64,000 nt of DNA from an uncultured Marinosulfonomonas sp. (GCA_964599985.1 CAZRHV010000006.1:8965-72964), one strand, 5' to 3'; shown: positions 29,409-39,522, numbered from the stretch's first letter. The notes: generated by a model not told the origin, from the letters alone. Program-made: numbers and translations.

Positions 29409-30640
29409 GCCTTGCAACCCTGAAAATGCCGCGCCTCGGCGAGACCATGGAACAGGGGGAAATCACTACGTGGCTGGTTGAAGTTGGCCAGAGTTTTGCA
29501 CGAGGTGAGGCAATTCTGGAAGTTGAAACCGACAAAACAGTGGTCGAATACCCGGCTTTGGGAGCAGGTAAACTGGCGGAAATATTGGCAACTGAGGGCG
29601 ACATGGTAATTGTTGGTGATCCCATTGCCCGGATAGAATTGGGGGATGCGGCGGACTGGACGGATGCAAAAAATGAAACTGTCACGTCCGAACCTGCACC
29701 CCCCTCAGCACCAACTTGTGAACCTACGGCCAGCCAACAAACAACGGGTGAACGTCTGCGTGCAACACCAAAGGCGCGCATGCTTGCTCGGCGCGCTTAT
29801 CTTGATCTGGGTTCGGTAACCGGCACCGGGCGGCGAGGGCGTATTGAGGTCCGAGATGTAGACGCAATGCTGGACACGACGGCAGAAGGCGGGGTCCGTA
29901 TTGCCCGCGATATTGCCTATGTTGAGGCTGGCCCCAAAAACGGTTCGCCGTTCCTTCTGATCCACGGCTTTGCGGGGGATCACACCACATTTGCGCTGCT
30001 AACCAATGGCCTTAAAAAAGCTGGAAACCGTGTTGTGGCTTGCGATTTGCCGGGCCACGGCGGCACAGAAATCGACGTAAGGTCGGCAGCTGATCTGAGC
30101 ACCAACCTCATTGACTTCACCCGACAGGTGATGGGCACAAAACCGCTTCATCTGGTCGCCCATTCCCTTGGCGCGGTTCCGGCTCTGGCGCTGACCGAAG
30201 CGTTTGACATTACCTCGCTGACCCTGCTCGCGCCGGTTGGGTTGGCAAAGGTGGGGAACACCAGTTTCCTGACCACAATGGCAGCGCCTGCATCGATGGA
30301 CGCGCTGAAAATCCAACTGGATGTCCTGACCCAATCCCCAACGGCCCTTTCTGAAACCGCGATTTCGGAAATCTTTGCCGAACAGTCCCGCAACCGGTTA
30401 GTAGACTTGGCCGCAGCGCTGGTATCAAGGCAAAACTCCATCAAACCGGCCCTCGAAAAACTGGCGCAAAAAATACCGGTCCGGCTATTGCTAGGCGACA
30501 GTGATCGTATCGTCGGCACCGCCGATCTTGTGGGGCTTGCCCCCGAAATCGCGGTTCACAGGTTCGCAGATACCGGGCATATGCCACACTGGGAAAACCC
30601 GCGAGCGGTACTGAATATTTTATTGGCGCAAAAGGGGTAG
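29405..30640 (+). CDS. acoC: AcoC-type E2 component: lipoyl domain, E1/E3-binding domain and alpha/beta-hydrolase fold
   Basis: Lipoyl-lysine context EVETDKTVVEYPA. Subunit-binding motif RATPKARMLARRAYLDLGSVTGTGRRGRI. C-terminal LLIHGFAGDH...AHSLGA...GHMPHWE hydrolase-fold motifs replace a chloramphenicol-acetyltransferase-like catalytic core. Confidence 0.75.
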   Translation: MSLATLKMPRLGETMEQGEITTWLVEVGQSFARGEAILEVETDKTVVEYPALGAGKLAEILATEGDMVIVGDPIARIELGDAADWTDAKNETVTSEPAPPSAPTCEPTASQQTTGERLRATPKARMLARRAYLDLGSVTGTGRRGRIEVRDVDAMLDTTAEGGVRIARDIAYVEAGPKNGSPFLLIHGFAGDHTTFALLTNGLKKAGNRVVACDLPGHGGTEIDVRSAADLSTNLIDFTRQVMGTKPLHLVAHSLGAVPALALTEAFDITSLTLLAPVGLAKVGNTSFLTTMAAPASMDALKIQLDVLTQSPTALSETAISEIFAEQSRNRLVDLAAALVSRQNSIKPALEKLAQKIPVRLLLGDSDRIVGTADLVGLAPEIAVHRFADTGHMPHWENPRAVLNILLAQKG

Positions 30641-30646
30641 CGGATC

Positions 30647-31822
30647 ATGCAACAATCCTGGCGATGGTACGGTCCCAAAGACCCGGTTCTGCTGGAACAC
30701 ATCAGGCAAGCCGGTGCAACCCATGTGGTTAGCGCATTGCACGAAACCTATGAAGGTCAGGAATGGACGCCCCGCGACATTGAACAACGCCGGGATGAAA
30801 TTGCAGACGCCGGGCTGGTCTGGAATGTGGTTGAAAGCATCCCTGTGCATCCTTCGATCAAACTGGGCGCGACGGACGCGGCGCAGTATATCGCTGCCTA
30901 TAAGGCGACGATCCAAAATCTGGCAGCGGCTGGACTGAAAACGATCTGCTACAATTTCATGCCGGTAGTTGACTGGACCCGCACCGATCTGCGTTACCCA
31001 GCCCCAAATGGCGGTCTTGCCCTGCGCTTTGATTTCACCGATTTTGCGGCATATGACCTGTTTATCCTGAAACGTGAAAACGCAAACCAGGATTATTCCG
31101 AAACTGTAATCACCACCGCAAATGCGCGTTTCAAAAAAATGACCAATAGCGAAATTACGCGACTGGAACAAACCATCATCGCCGGCCTGCCTGGCTCGGA
31201 GCTATCACACGACCGGGAAAGCATTCGCCGGCAAATTGCACAATTCGACGGGCTCGACGCGGCGCAACTACAGGCCAACCTGATTACTTTCCTGCGTAAA
31301 ATCATCCCTGTCGCACAAAGTGTCGGCGTGAATATGTGCCTGCATCCGGACGATCCACCGATCCCGCTATTCGGAATGCCCCGAGTTGTCAGCACCGCCG
31401 ACGATTTCCGTGCGCTTTTCAATTCTGTTCCGTCGCTGGCAAACGGCATCACCTTTTGCGCCGGCTCGCTTGGATCACGCCCTGACAATGATCTGGCGGG
31501 TATGGCGCGCGAGTTTGCGGAACGCATTCACTTCACCCACCTGCGAAATGTGCGTCGACAAGGAAAAGGTTCATTTTTCGAATCTGATCATTTGGATGGT
31601 GATGTCGACATGATTAAAATTCTGTCAGTCTTGCTGGATGAAGAGAAACGCCGTCAAAATACCGGGCAACACGACTGGGAAATCCCAATGCGCCCGGACC
31701 ACGGACATCTGCTGATTGACGATATTCGTAAACAAACCAACCCCGGCTATTCCACCATTGGTCGCCTGAAAGGTCTGGCCGAACTGCGCGGCGTGATCAA
31801 AGCATTGGAGAGCGTGAGATGA
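30647..31822 (+). CDS. uxuA: mannonate dehydratase
   Basis: MQQSWRWYGPKDPVLLEHIRQAGATHVVSALH closely parallels the UxuA N-terminus. 391 aa. Confidence 0.85.
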   Translation: MQQSWRWYGPKDPVLLEHIRQAGATHVVSALHETYEGQEWTPRDIEQRRDEIADAGLVWNVVESIPVHPSIKLGATDAAQYIAAYKATIQNLAAAGLKTICYNFMPVVDWTRTDLRYPAPNGGLALRFDFTDFAAYDLFILKRENANQDYSETVITTANARFKKMTNSEITRLEQTIIAGLPGSELSHDRESIRRQIAQFDGLDAAQLQANLITFLRKIIPVAQSVGVNMCLHPDDPPIPLFGMPRVVSTADDFRALFNSVPSLANGITFCAGSLGSRPDNDLAGMAREFAERIHFTHLRNVRRQGKGSFFESDHLDGDVDMIKILSVLLDEEKRRQNTGQHDWEIPMRPDHGHLLIDDIRKQTNPGYSTIGRLKGLAELRGVIKALESVR

Positions 31823-32598
31823 GCAAGGAATTTGAAGGAAAAACTGCGCTTGTCACCGGCTCCAGCGGCATCGGTCTGGGGGCGGCGCTAAAGCTGGCCC
31901 GCGAAGGAGCGGATGTTTACATTTGCGGGATTGATGAAGCTCACAATGAAACTGCCAAGGCCGCAGGTCAGGGACTGCCATTTAGTGTGGCGAAGGTGGA
32001 CGTGTCTGATGAAGCTGCTGTCAATGACTGGATCATCGGTATCGGGCAAAATACAGGTGGCATTGATATTCTTGTTAATGCGGCTGCCATCCAGACCTAC
32101 GGCAATATTGAAACCACCGACGCGGAGCACTGGGACAAGGTTATGGCGATCAACCTGCGCTCCTGCTTCCTGACCGCGCGCGCGGCTTACCCTTACATGA
32201 AGAGCCAAGGCGCGGGGGCAATCCTGCACGTATCGTCAGTTCAGGGATCATCCAATCAAAACAACGTGTTGGCTTATGCTACAACGAAGGGCGCCATTCA
32301 TGCTATGACCCGGGCCATGGCGGTGGACTGCGCGAAGGACAAAATCCGGGTAAATTCACTTAGCCCCGGCGCGATACGTACACCCTTGCTGGAATTCGCT
32401 GCACGCGAAGCAGTGGGTGCGGGTAATTCAATCGAAGACGAGATAAAGAAAACCGGTGCCGCCCATCCCATTGGCCGAGTAGGGACGATAGAGGAAACCA
32501 GTGAACTAATCGCTTTTTTGGTAAGCGAGCGTTCCGGGTTTTGCACCGGCAGTGATTACCAGATTGATGGCGGGTTGACGGCCCATCTTGGGACTTAG
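31819..32598 (+). CDS. short-chain dehydrogenase/reductase
   Basis: TGSSGIGLG cofactor loop and YATTKGA catalytic YxxxK. ATGA overlap with uxuA. Confidence 0.85.
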   Translation: MSKEFEGKTALVTGSSGIGLGAALKLAREGADVYICGIDEAHNETAKAAGQGLPFSVAKVDVSDEAAVNDWIIGIGQNTGGIDILVNAAAIQTYGNIETTDAEHWDKVMAINLRSCFLTARAAYPYMKSQGAGAILHVSSVQGSSNQNNVLAYATTKGAIHAMTRAMAVDCAKDKIRVNSLSPGAIRTPLLEFAAREAVGAGNSIEDEIKKTGAAHPIGRVGTIEETSELIAFLVSERSGFCTGSDYQIDGGLTAHLGT

Positions 32599-33752
32599 GT
32601 TTTCAATACGCCTGCCTGCCAGACCCCTTTGATACCCAGATCATTACTCAGGTACAAAAAATCAGCATTCGAACCGGCGCGTAGGCGCCCAATTTCCTGG
32701 TCTCGCCCCAGCACCATCGCCGGGTAAAGCGACGCCATGCGCAGTGCCTCTTCCAAGTCTAACCCTATAACTTCCACCATAAACCGAACCGCTGAAATCA
32801 TATCCAAATCAGCCCCCGCCAGCGTGCCATCTTCCAACAGCAACCGACCACATTCACGCCTGATCAAGCGCCCGTTCAACAATACCTCTTTTTGATCCGT
32901 GCCAATGGTAGACATCGAGTCTGTGACCAGAAAAATTTTACCCGGCCCTTGTTTTGCCCGAAGCGCAATGCCGATCGTTTTCGGATCAACGTGAAATCCA
33001 TCAGCAATCAATCCGGCAGAAAGCCCACCCAGCTCCAGTACCGCACCAACAACGCCCGGTTCGCGATTGCCTAGTTGGCTCATCGCGTTGAACAGATGGG
33101 TCACGCAGCTTACACCATTTTCGGCGGCTAATTTAGCAGCCTCAAAATTCACATCGGTGTGGCCGATTGAAACGATTGCACCACTGCCGGACAGTTCAGC
33201 AATCTGAGCAAAACTCACCGATTCAGGCGCAACCGTTAGCATCAGGCTAGGCAGGGATTTACCGGCTCTGATCAACAAATCCAGATCGCCCTGATCCATG
33301 GGCCGGATTAGCTCAGGATCATGCGCCCCTTTGCGCGCCCGAGACAGGTGCGGCCCTTCAAGATGCAGCCCGATCACACCGGGAATTTTCGCGGCAATTG
33401 CTTCCTCAGCCGCCGCTATAGCAAGGGCGGTCTTTTCGGGTTGATCAGTAATAAGCGTGGGTAGCAATGATGTCGTCCCAAACGGCAAATGTGCGTTGCA
33501 GATGGTTTTCATGGCGTCAATGCCGGGCGCGTCATTCAGCATCACACCGCCACCGCCGTTCACTTGCAGGTCAACAAACCCCGCCGTGATCAATCCGCTG
33601 GCTAGGGTATGCACTGCGTAAGCATCCGGGATGTCATCCTGCCCGACAATGTCGGTAACTTTGCCCTCATCGACCAAAAGCGCACTATTTTTATGGCGAA
33701 TTTCACCATCGAAAATATCACAACCAACATATGCCTGTTTGCTATCGCTCAT
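32595..33752 (-). CDS. nagA: N-acetylglucosamine-6-phosphate deacetylase
   Basis: Amidohydrolase motifs DLQVNGGGG, HLEGPHLS, IGHTD and THLFNAM. 385 aa. Confidence 0.85.
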   Translation of the reverse strand: MSDSKQAYVGCDIFDGEIRHKNSALLVDEGKVTDIVGQDDIPDAYAVHTLASGLITAGFVDLQVNGGGGVMLNDAPGIDAMKTICNAHLPFGTTSLLPTLITDQPEKTALAIAAAEEAIAAKIPGVIGLHLEGPHLSRARKGAHDPELIRPMDQGDLDLLIRAGKSLPSLMLTVAPESVSFAQIAELSGSGAIVSIGHTDVNFEAAKLAAENGVSCVTHLFNAMSQLGNREPGVVGAVLELGGLSAGLIADGFHVDPKTIGIALRAKQGPGKIFLVTDSMSTIGTDQKEVLLNGRLIRRECGRLLLEDGTLAGADLDMISAVRFMVEVIGLDLEEALRMASLYPAMVLGRDQEIGRLRAGSNADFLYLSNDLGIKGVWQAGVLKT

Positions 33753-34774
33753 ACCGTTTCCGTCACCTTCTTCAGGTTTCGTGGCGTATCCGGGTTGATC
33801 CCGCGTTCTAGCGATAGCTTTTCTATGAATGCGTAAAACGACACGATCAATGTCAGCGGGTCGGTAAGCGGATGATTGGTCGAAGAAAACTCAAGCTGCT
33901 TGGCGCGGGTCGCTTTGTTCGATGTGATAAAGACAGACGCACCTTTTTCCGCCAGATCCTCTGACACCGAAACGATTGCTCCTTCTGCCGCATCCCGCGC
34001 CGCCAGCGCAATGATCACAAATCCGGGGTCAATAATTGAAACCGGCCCGTGCAGTACCTCGGCGGACGAATAGGATTCCGCATGGATCTGGCTGGTTTCC
34101 TTAAATTTCAACGCCGCTTCATCAGACATCGCAATTGATGGCCCCCGGCCCAACACAAACAACGAATTGCTGCCCTTTATGGTGTGACGCAGCTCTGGCC
34201 AGTCACAGGTTACGGCCTTTTCGAACTGATCCGGCAATGCGTCCAATGCGGCAATCAGGTCCGCGTCTCGTTTCCAGTGGGCCAACAGGGCCAGCCCGGC
34301 AACGGCGGACAGAACAAAAGTTTTAGTCGCCGCGACGCTGGTTTCAACGCCCGCGTTTATTTCGATTGTATGCGTGCAGGCCAGCGCCAGCGGTGAAGCT
34401 GGCTCATTCGTAAGCGCGATTGACAGTGCCCCCTGCCGGGTTGCAGAGGCCGCCATGCTCACGATGTCAGGGCTTTGTCCGGATTGTGAAATTGAAATGC
34501 AGGCGCTGTTTTTCAGCTGCAATTCTGCTTCAAATATCGATGCAATCGACGGCCCGATTGACGCTACCGGCAGGCCAAGGGTCAGCTCACAGGCGTATTT
34601 CAAGAACGTCGCCGCATTGTCCGACGACCCCCGCGCGACGGTAGTTACAAAGCGCGGATCACTGGCGCGCAACGCATCGGCTGTCGCTTCTATAGCCCCA
34701 CGCCCTTCACCCAGCAATTTCCGGGTCGCGCCCGGAATATCGTGTATTTCTTTGCGCATATAGGTGGTTTGCAT
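33749..34774 (-). CDS. SIS-domain glucosamine-6-phosphate deaminase/isomerase (NagB-II/AgaS type)
   Basis: Two SIS domains (ARGSSDNAA, SQSGQSPD; GRGPS), 341 aa. ATGA overlap with nagA. Confidence 0.8.
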   Translation of the reverse strand: MQTTYMRKEIHDIPGATRKLLGEGRGAIEATADALRASDPRFVTTVARGSSDNAATFLKYACELTLGLPVASIGPSIASIFEAELQLKNSACISISQSGQSPDIVSMAASATRQGALSIALTNEPASPLALACTHTIEINAGVETSVAATKTFVLSAVAGLALLAHWKRDADLIAALDALPDQFEKAVTCDWPELRHTIKGSNSLFVLGRGPSIAMSDEAALKFKETSQIHAESYSSAEVLHGPVSIIDPGFVIIALAARDAAEGAIVSVSEDLAEKGASVFITSNKATRAKQLEFSSTNHPLTDPLTLIVSFYAFIEKLSLERGINPDTPRNLKKVTETV

Positions 34775-34782
34775 GGGTCCGC

Positions 34783-35538
34783 TCAGCCTGAAATTTGCAA
34801 CTCAGCCACAAAATCATATTTGTCGCCGCGATAAATGGATTGGGTAAACTCAACCACGCGCCCGGATGGCAGGTAGGATGTGCGCTCTATCTTCAGACTG
34901 GCGGCACCTTTTTCGACGCCCAGCAGATCCGCATCTTTTGCCCCAAGATTGGCAGCCGAAATATGCTGGATAGCACGAACCGGGCGATTGCCATCCATTT
35001 CCAACACCGCATAAAGTGACGATTCAACCACCAGCGGATTGGGCAGGATTTCCACCGACAAAGAAGCGCGTTCAATTGCCAGCGGTATACCATCGGCCAG
35101 CCGCAATCGCGCCAGCCGCGCCACCGAATGATCCGCACCAAGGCCCAGGGCAACGACCTCTTTGGGTGAGGGCATGAACAATCCACGTTCCAGCCAACTG
35201 GATTTAACTTCCATTCCCCGGCGCGCCATATCTTCGGTGAATGACGTAAGCCGAGACAGTGATTGCTCAACCCGGTTATCGCTTGGCGCCACAAATGAAC
35301 CCGAGCCCCGACGCTGCACGATCAGCCCGTCCTGCACCAGTGTTTCAAACGCCTTGCGCACCGTTACTCGCGACAACCCGGTCATGGTCGCAATCTTGCG
35401 CTCAGGCGGCAGCGGAGCATCCGGTACCAGATCGCCAGACTTTATCCCCAGCTCAATGCGTTTGCGAAGCAGCAAATAGCGCGGCCCGTCATCACGGGAC
35501 TGCCAGTTCTTCGTTTCAAGAAACTCAACAAACGTCAT
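34783..35538 (-). CDS. GntR/HutC family regulator (NagR/NagQ-like)
   Basis: wHTH KIATMTGLSRVTVRKAFETLVQDGLI plus a UTRA-like C-terminal domain. Sits in the GlcNAc locus. Confidence 0.8.
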   Translation of the reverse strand: MTFVEFLETKNWQSRDDGPRYLLLRKRIELGIKSGDLVPDAPLPPERKIATMTGLSRVTVRKAFETLVQDGLIVQRRGSGSFVAPSDNRVEQSLSRLTSFTEDMARRGMEVKSSWLERGLFMPSPKEVVALGLGADHSVARLARLRLADGIPLAIERASLSVEILPNPLVVESSLYAVLEMDGNRPVRAIQHISAANLGAKDADLLGVEKGAASLKIERTSYLPSGRVVEFTQSIYRGDKYDFVAELQISG

Positions 35539-35587
35539 GTTTAAACCAATATTTCCAGAGCTGACCCATAAAGATTTTGCGCCCGCC

Positions 35588-36661
35588 TTAAATTCTGCTC
35601 GTGGTGTCGCCGTCGAACAAATGGATCGAATCTCTGTCCACAGTGACTTTCACCTTGCTGCCGCTCTCGTAATCGCGCGAAGGGTCTTCCTGCACCACCA
35701 TATCGGTGCCGTTTTCCAATGTGACATGGACATAGGATACTTCCCCCAGATACTCCGAGATCATCACCTCACCGATTAGCCCGTCGCCTTTGCTATCCAC
35801 ATCCAGCAACTTACAACCACTTGGCCGGATACCCATAACTGCATTAGCATGATCATGGCGCGCGCCTTCCGGCAATTCAAACGATGTATCCGCATCAACA
35901 TAAGCACGGCCACCCTTAATCTGATCCAGTGGTAACAGATTCATTTTCGGTGATCCGATAAAGCCTGCGACAAACAGGTTTTCCGGGCGTTCATACAGAT
36001 CACGAGGGGCACCCACTTGCTGGATTTTACCGTCGTGCATAACCACGATCCGATCCGCCAGCGTCATCGCCTCAATCTGATCGTGGGTGACATAAACCAT
36101 GGTGGCGTCTTTCAGGCGCATATGAAGCCGCGCAATTTCCATGCGGACCTGCCCACGCAGGGCGGCGTCCAGATTGGAAAGTGGCTCATCAAACAGGAAC
36201 ACCTTTGGGTCACGCACAATCGCGCGTCCAATGGCCACCCGCTGACGCTGCCCGCCGGACAATTCGGCAGGTTTTCGATCCAACAGCGGATCCAGTTCCA
36301 AAGCGCGAGAGCTTTCGGCAACCCGTTTTTCGATTTCCTGTTTCCCCAACCTCGCCTGTTTCAGCACCAGCGCCATGTTGCCCCGCACGCTTAGATGCGG
36401 ATAAAGCGCGTAAGATTGGAAAACCATTGCAATGCCGCGTTTGGCAGGCGGCAGATGGGTGACGGATTTACCATCAAGTTTGATGTCCCCCGCGGTTTCA
36501 TCTTCTAGCCCGGCGATGATCCGCAACAGGGTGGATTTTCCACAACCCGACGGCCCCAAAAGCACCAGAAATTCACCCGACTTAATATCAAGGTTTAACC
36601 CTTCAAGCACCTCAACCGAGCCGTAGGATTTATAGAGCGATGAAATGTTAAGTTCGGTCAT
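35588..36661 (-). CDS. ABC sugar transporter ATP-binding protein
   Basis: [36 protein letters not shown]. Confidence 0.9.
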   Translation of the reverse strand: MTELNISSLYKSYGSVEVLEGLNLDIKSGEFLVLLGPSGCGKSTLLRIIAGLEDETAGDIKLDGKSVTHLPPAKRGIAMVFQSYALYPHLSVRGNMALVLKQARLGKQEIEKRVAESSRALELDPLLDRKPAELSGGQRQRVAIGRAIVRDPKVFLFDEPLSNLDAALRGQVRMEIARLHMRLKDATMVYVTHDQIEAMTLADRIVVMHDGKIQQVGAPRDLYERPENLFVAGFIGSPKMNLLPLDQIKGGRAYVDADTSFELPEGARHDHANAVMGIRPSGCKLLDVDSKGDGLIGEVMISEYLGEVSYVHVTLENGTDMVVQEDPSRDYESGSKVKVTVDRDSIHLFDGDTTSRI

Positions 36662-36664
36662 TTT

Positions 36665-37729
36665 TCATACTTCCAGTTTTTGGGCTACGCCGCTTTTAAC
36701 TGCCGTGTCCGCCGCAAGCGCGATTGCCAGCGATTTAACCGCGTCATCCATGTGGTCGCTCAGGTCCAAATCATCGTTGATCGCCCGCTGGACAAAGTCC
36801 TGCTCCAGATCACACAAGCCTTGATGTCCGGGATCTTCGTCAATTTTCAGCATCGTATCCGGGCGGGCAAATCGCCCCTGATCATCCAGATCGGCGTGGT
36901 GAATGCGGATGTTTGATGTCCGCGTGTGAACTTCATGATCATCCGACTTTGCTTCACCCTCGAGCACAATTGAAACACTGCCTTTGGGGGATATTACGTC
37001 TTTCACAAAGAACGCCGTTTCCGACATCATTGGTCCCCAGCCGGCCTCGTACCAGCCAAGTGAGCCATCATCGAAAAGTACCTGAAGGTGGCCGTAGTTA
37101 TACATATCAGGTGCAATTTCATCGCTTAGACGCAGCCCCATGGCGCGGACCTCTACCGGGTTGGCGTCAGTAATCTGGCACATCACATCCAGATAATGCA
37201 CACCGCAATCCACAATCGGGGATGTGCTTTTCATTAGGTTTTTATGGGTCTGCCAAGTTGCGCCACTGGATTGCTGGTTCAGGTTCATCCGAAACACATA
37301 TGGGCCGCCCAACGCGCGGGCTTCTTTGATCAACCGCACCCATGCCGGGTGATGGCGCAGGATATATCCAACCACCAATTTGCGCCCATTTGCGCGCGCC
37401 GCCGCAACCACCATTTTGGCGTCTGTCAGGTTGGTCGCAATCGGTTTTTCCAGAAAAACATGCGAACCCGCTTCCATCGCAGCTATTGCGTAATCGGCGT
37501 GGCTTTCCGCGTAGGTGGAAATGGACACCAGATCGGGGCGTAATTCTTTCAACGCTACATTATATTCTGGCAGGATCGGATAATTTGCCAGCGCTGCATC
37601 CAACTGCGGCTTTGATCGGTTCACCAATCCGGTGATGGTAAATCCCGGATTGGTTTCATAGGCCAGCGCATGGCTGCGCCCCATATTTCCAAGCCCGGCC
37701 ACCATCACTTTTATCGGCGCATGGCTCAC
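36665..37729 (-). CDS. Gfo/Idh/MocA family oxidoreductase embedded in the ABC operon
   Basis: VMVAGLGNMGRSH and FLEKPI motifs. 4-nt overlap with the upstream permease gene and 3 nt from the ATPase gene. Confidence 0.85.
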   Translation of the reverse strand: MSHAPIKVMVAGLGNMGRSHALAYETNPGFTITGLVNRSKPQLDAALANYPILPEYNVALKELRPDLVSISTYAESHADYAIAAMEAGSHVFLEKPIATNLTDAKMVVAAARANGRKLVVGYILRHHPAWVRLIKEARALGGPYVFRMNLNQQSSGATWQTHKNLMKSTSPIVDCGVHYLDVMCQITDANPVEVRAMGLRLSDEIAPDMYNYGHLQVLFDDGSLGWYEAGWGPMMSETAFFVKDVISPKGSVSIVLEGEAKSDDHEVHTRTSNIRIHHADLDDQGRFARPDTMLKIDEDPGHQGLCDLEQDFVQRAINDDLDLSDHMDDAVKSLAIALAADTAVKSGVAQKLEV

Positions 37730-38571
37730 TTGACTGCCCCAGCTGTAATGCCGCTGATCAATTGGCGCGAAAATATCAGGTAAAGCACCAGTACCGGGAT
37801 CACTGCCAGCGTCATCGCAGCCAATATGGCGTTCCAGTTACTAAAGAATTGGCCAATGAAGACCTGTGCGCCAAGGGTCAGGGTCTTGGTGCTTTCCGCG
37901 GGGGCCAGCACCAGCGGGAACCACAAATCGTTCCAGATCGGGATCATGGTGAATACGCCAACTGTCGCAAGCGCGGGGCGCACCAGCGGCAACACTAGCC
38001 GCAGAAAAATCTGGTATTCGGACAGCCCGTCAATGCGCCCGGCAGATTTCAGATCTTTTGACACGCTTGCCATAAATTCCGACAGAATGAATATCGCCAG
38101 CGGCAAACCTTGCGCCGTGTAGACTAGGATCAGCGCCCAATGGGTGCCAACGATGCCCGCCGACACCATCAGCTTAATAATGCCAACCGTACCCAACCGG
38201 ATCGGGATCATGATGCCAAGCGCCAGATACAGCGCCATAAAACGGTTGCCTTTGAAGCGGTATTCACTAAGCGCAAAAGCGGCCATCGCACCAAACAGCA
38301 GCACAAAGAATAGGCTAATACTGGTCACGAAAAAAGAGTTCCAGAAATACAGCGGAAAATTCCCCTGTGTCAAAACAGTGGAATAGCCAATCAAATCAAA
38401 AGTCTCGGTCGTGGGCAGCGCCATCGGATCACGAAAAATTGCCTTTTTTGACTTGAACGAATTGATGATGATTAAAAACACCGGGTACAGCGCGATCAGG
38501 GTAAACGTCAGCAAAATTGCGTGCGCCCCAAGCTCGGCCACCCGGTTTCTGCGTGCCTTGGAAATTGCCAT
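37726..38571 (-). CDS. ABC sugar transporter permease (MalG type)
   Basis: EAA-like loop SAGRIDGLSEYQIFLRLVLPL. 281 aa. Confidence 0.85.
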   Translation of the reverse strand: MAISKARRNRVAELGAHAILLTFTLIALYPVFLIIINSFKSKKAIFRDPMALPTTETFDLIGYSTVLTQGNFPLYFWNSFFVTSISLFFVLLFGAMAAFALSEYRFKGNRFMALYLALGIMIPIRLGTVGIIKLMVSAGIVGTHWALILVYTAQGLPLAIFILSEFMASVSKDLKSAGRIDGLSEYQIFLRLVLPLVRPALATVGVFTMIPIWNDLWFPLVLAPAESTKTLTLGAQVFIGQFFSNWNAILAAMTLAVIPVLVLYLIFSRQLISGITAGAVK

Positions 38572-38583
38572 TTTTCTACCTCC

Positions 38584-39522
38584 TCACATCTCGTACCGGG
38601 TCATGCGGCGTTGAATAACAAACAGGTAAATCGCCACGCCAGTCAGAATGATAAAGAACATCATCGTCGCGATGGCCGCCCCCATGTTGATGTCACCCGG
38701 TTGCGTTTGCTGACCAAAGAACGTCCGGTGCATATAGGTGCCCAGCAGATCAGTGCTGAAATTCGGCCCGGCAAGTGCGCCCTGCGTGGTGTAGATCAGA
38801 TCAAAAGCGTTGAAATTTCCCACGAATGTCAGGATCGAAATGATGCCGATGGTGGGCAGGATCAGCATCAGCTTAATTTTGAAAAACTGCGAAATCCCGG
38901 TAACGCCGTCGGTTTCAGCCGCCTCAATCACCTCTTCTGGAATTGAGAGCAATGCGGCGTAAATCAGCATCATCGGGATGCCAACAAACTGCCAGACTGA
39001 AATCAATGCCAGCGTGGTCAGGGCCGTACTTTCGTCCCCTAGAAACGGGCCGTACAGGCTGCCCAATCCAACGCTCGACAGCAACTCTTTCGAGACACCC
39101 CACAGCGGTGACAACATCAGCTTCCAGATAAATCCAACCACCACAAACGACAGCAAAGTCGGCATGAAAATTGCCGTGCGGTAGAAAGCTTTCCCTGGCA
39201 AATGAAACATCGACAAAAGCGCAGCAATCAAAATACCGATTGGGTTTTGCACCAGCATGTTGATCATAAAGAAATACAGGTTGTTCCATAGCGCATTAAA
39301 GAACGGCCCCACCCAATAAAAATCGGTGAACAGGCGAACATAGTTGCTGACCCCCACATAGGTGACCTCTTGCGTGACGATGTCTTTTGTGAAAAACGAC
39401 AGCCGCAAAGTTTCACCAAGCGGTATGATCATGATCGCGGTATAGACCAGAACAGCGGGCATCAAGAATATCACAATATGCCAGCGAAACGGCCGTTTTC
39501 TGCGGATATTTTGCTCTTGCAT
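38584..39522 (-). CDS. ABC sugar transporter permease (MalF type)
   Basis: EAA loop EAAETDGVTGISQFFKIKLMLILP. Start at ATG 39522 has a GGAGAG Shine-Dalgarno sequence; the ORF-track start at 39588 adds 22 implausible residues. Confidence 0.85.
   Translation of the reverse strand: MQEQNIRRKRPFRWHIVIFLMPAVLVYTAIMIIPLGETLRLSFFTKDIVTQEVTYVGVSNYVRLFTDFYWVGPFFNALWNNLYFFMINMLVQNPIGILIAALLSMFHLPGKAFYRTAIFMPTLLSFVVVGFIWKLMLSPLWGVSKELLSSVGLGSLYGPFLGDESTALTTLALISVWQFVGIPMMLIYAALLSIPEEVIEAAETDGVTGISQFFKIKLMLILPTIGIISILTFVGNFNAFDLIYTTQGALAGPNFSTDLLGTYMHRTFFGQQTQPGDINMGAAIATMMFFIILTGVAIYLFVIQRRMTRYEM

Noticed and set aside
27410-30640. Reading the E1 alpha, E1 beta and E2 genes as the housekeeping pyruvate dehydrogenase complex.
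   Set aside because: The E2 has a single lipoyl domain and an alpha/beta-hydrolase C-terminus instead of the acyltransferase core. No E3 gene follows. The genes sit inside a catabolic operon. An AcoABC-type assignment fits better.
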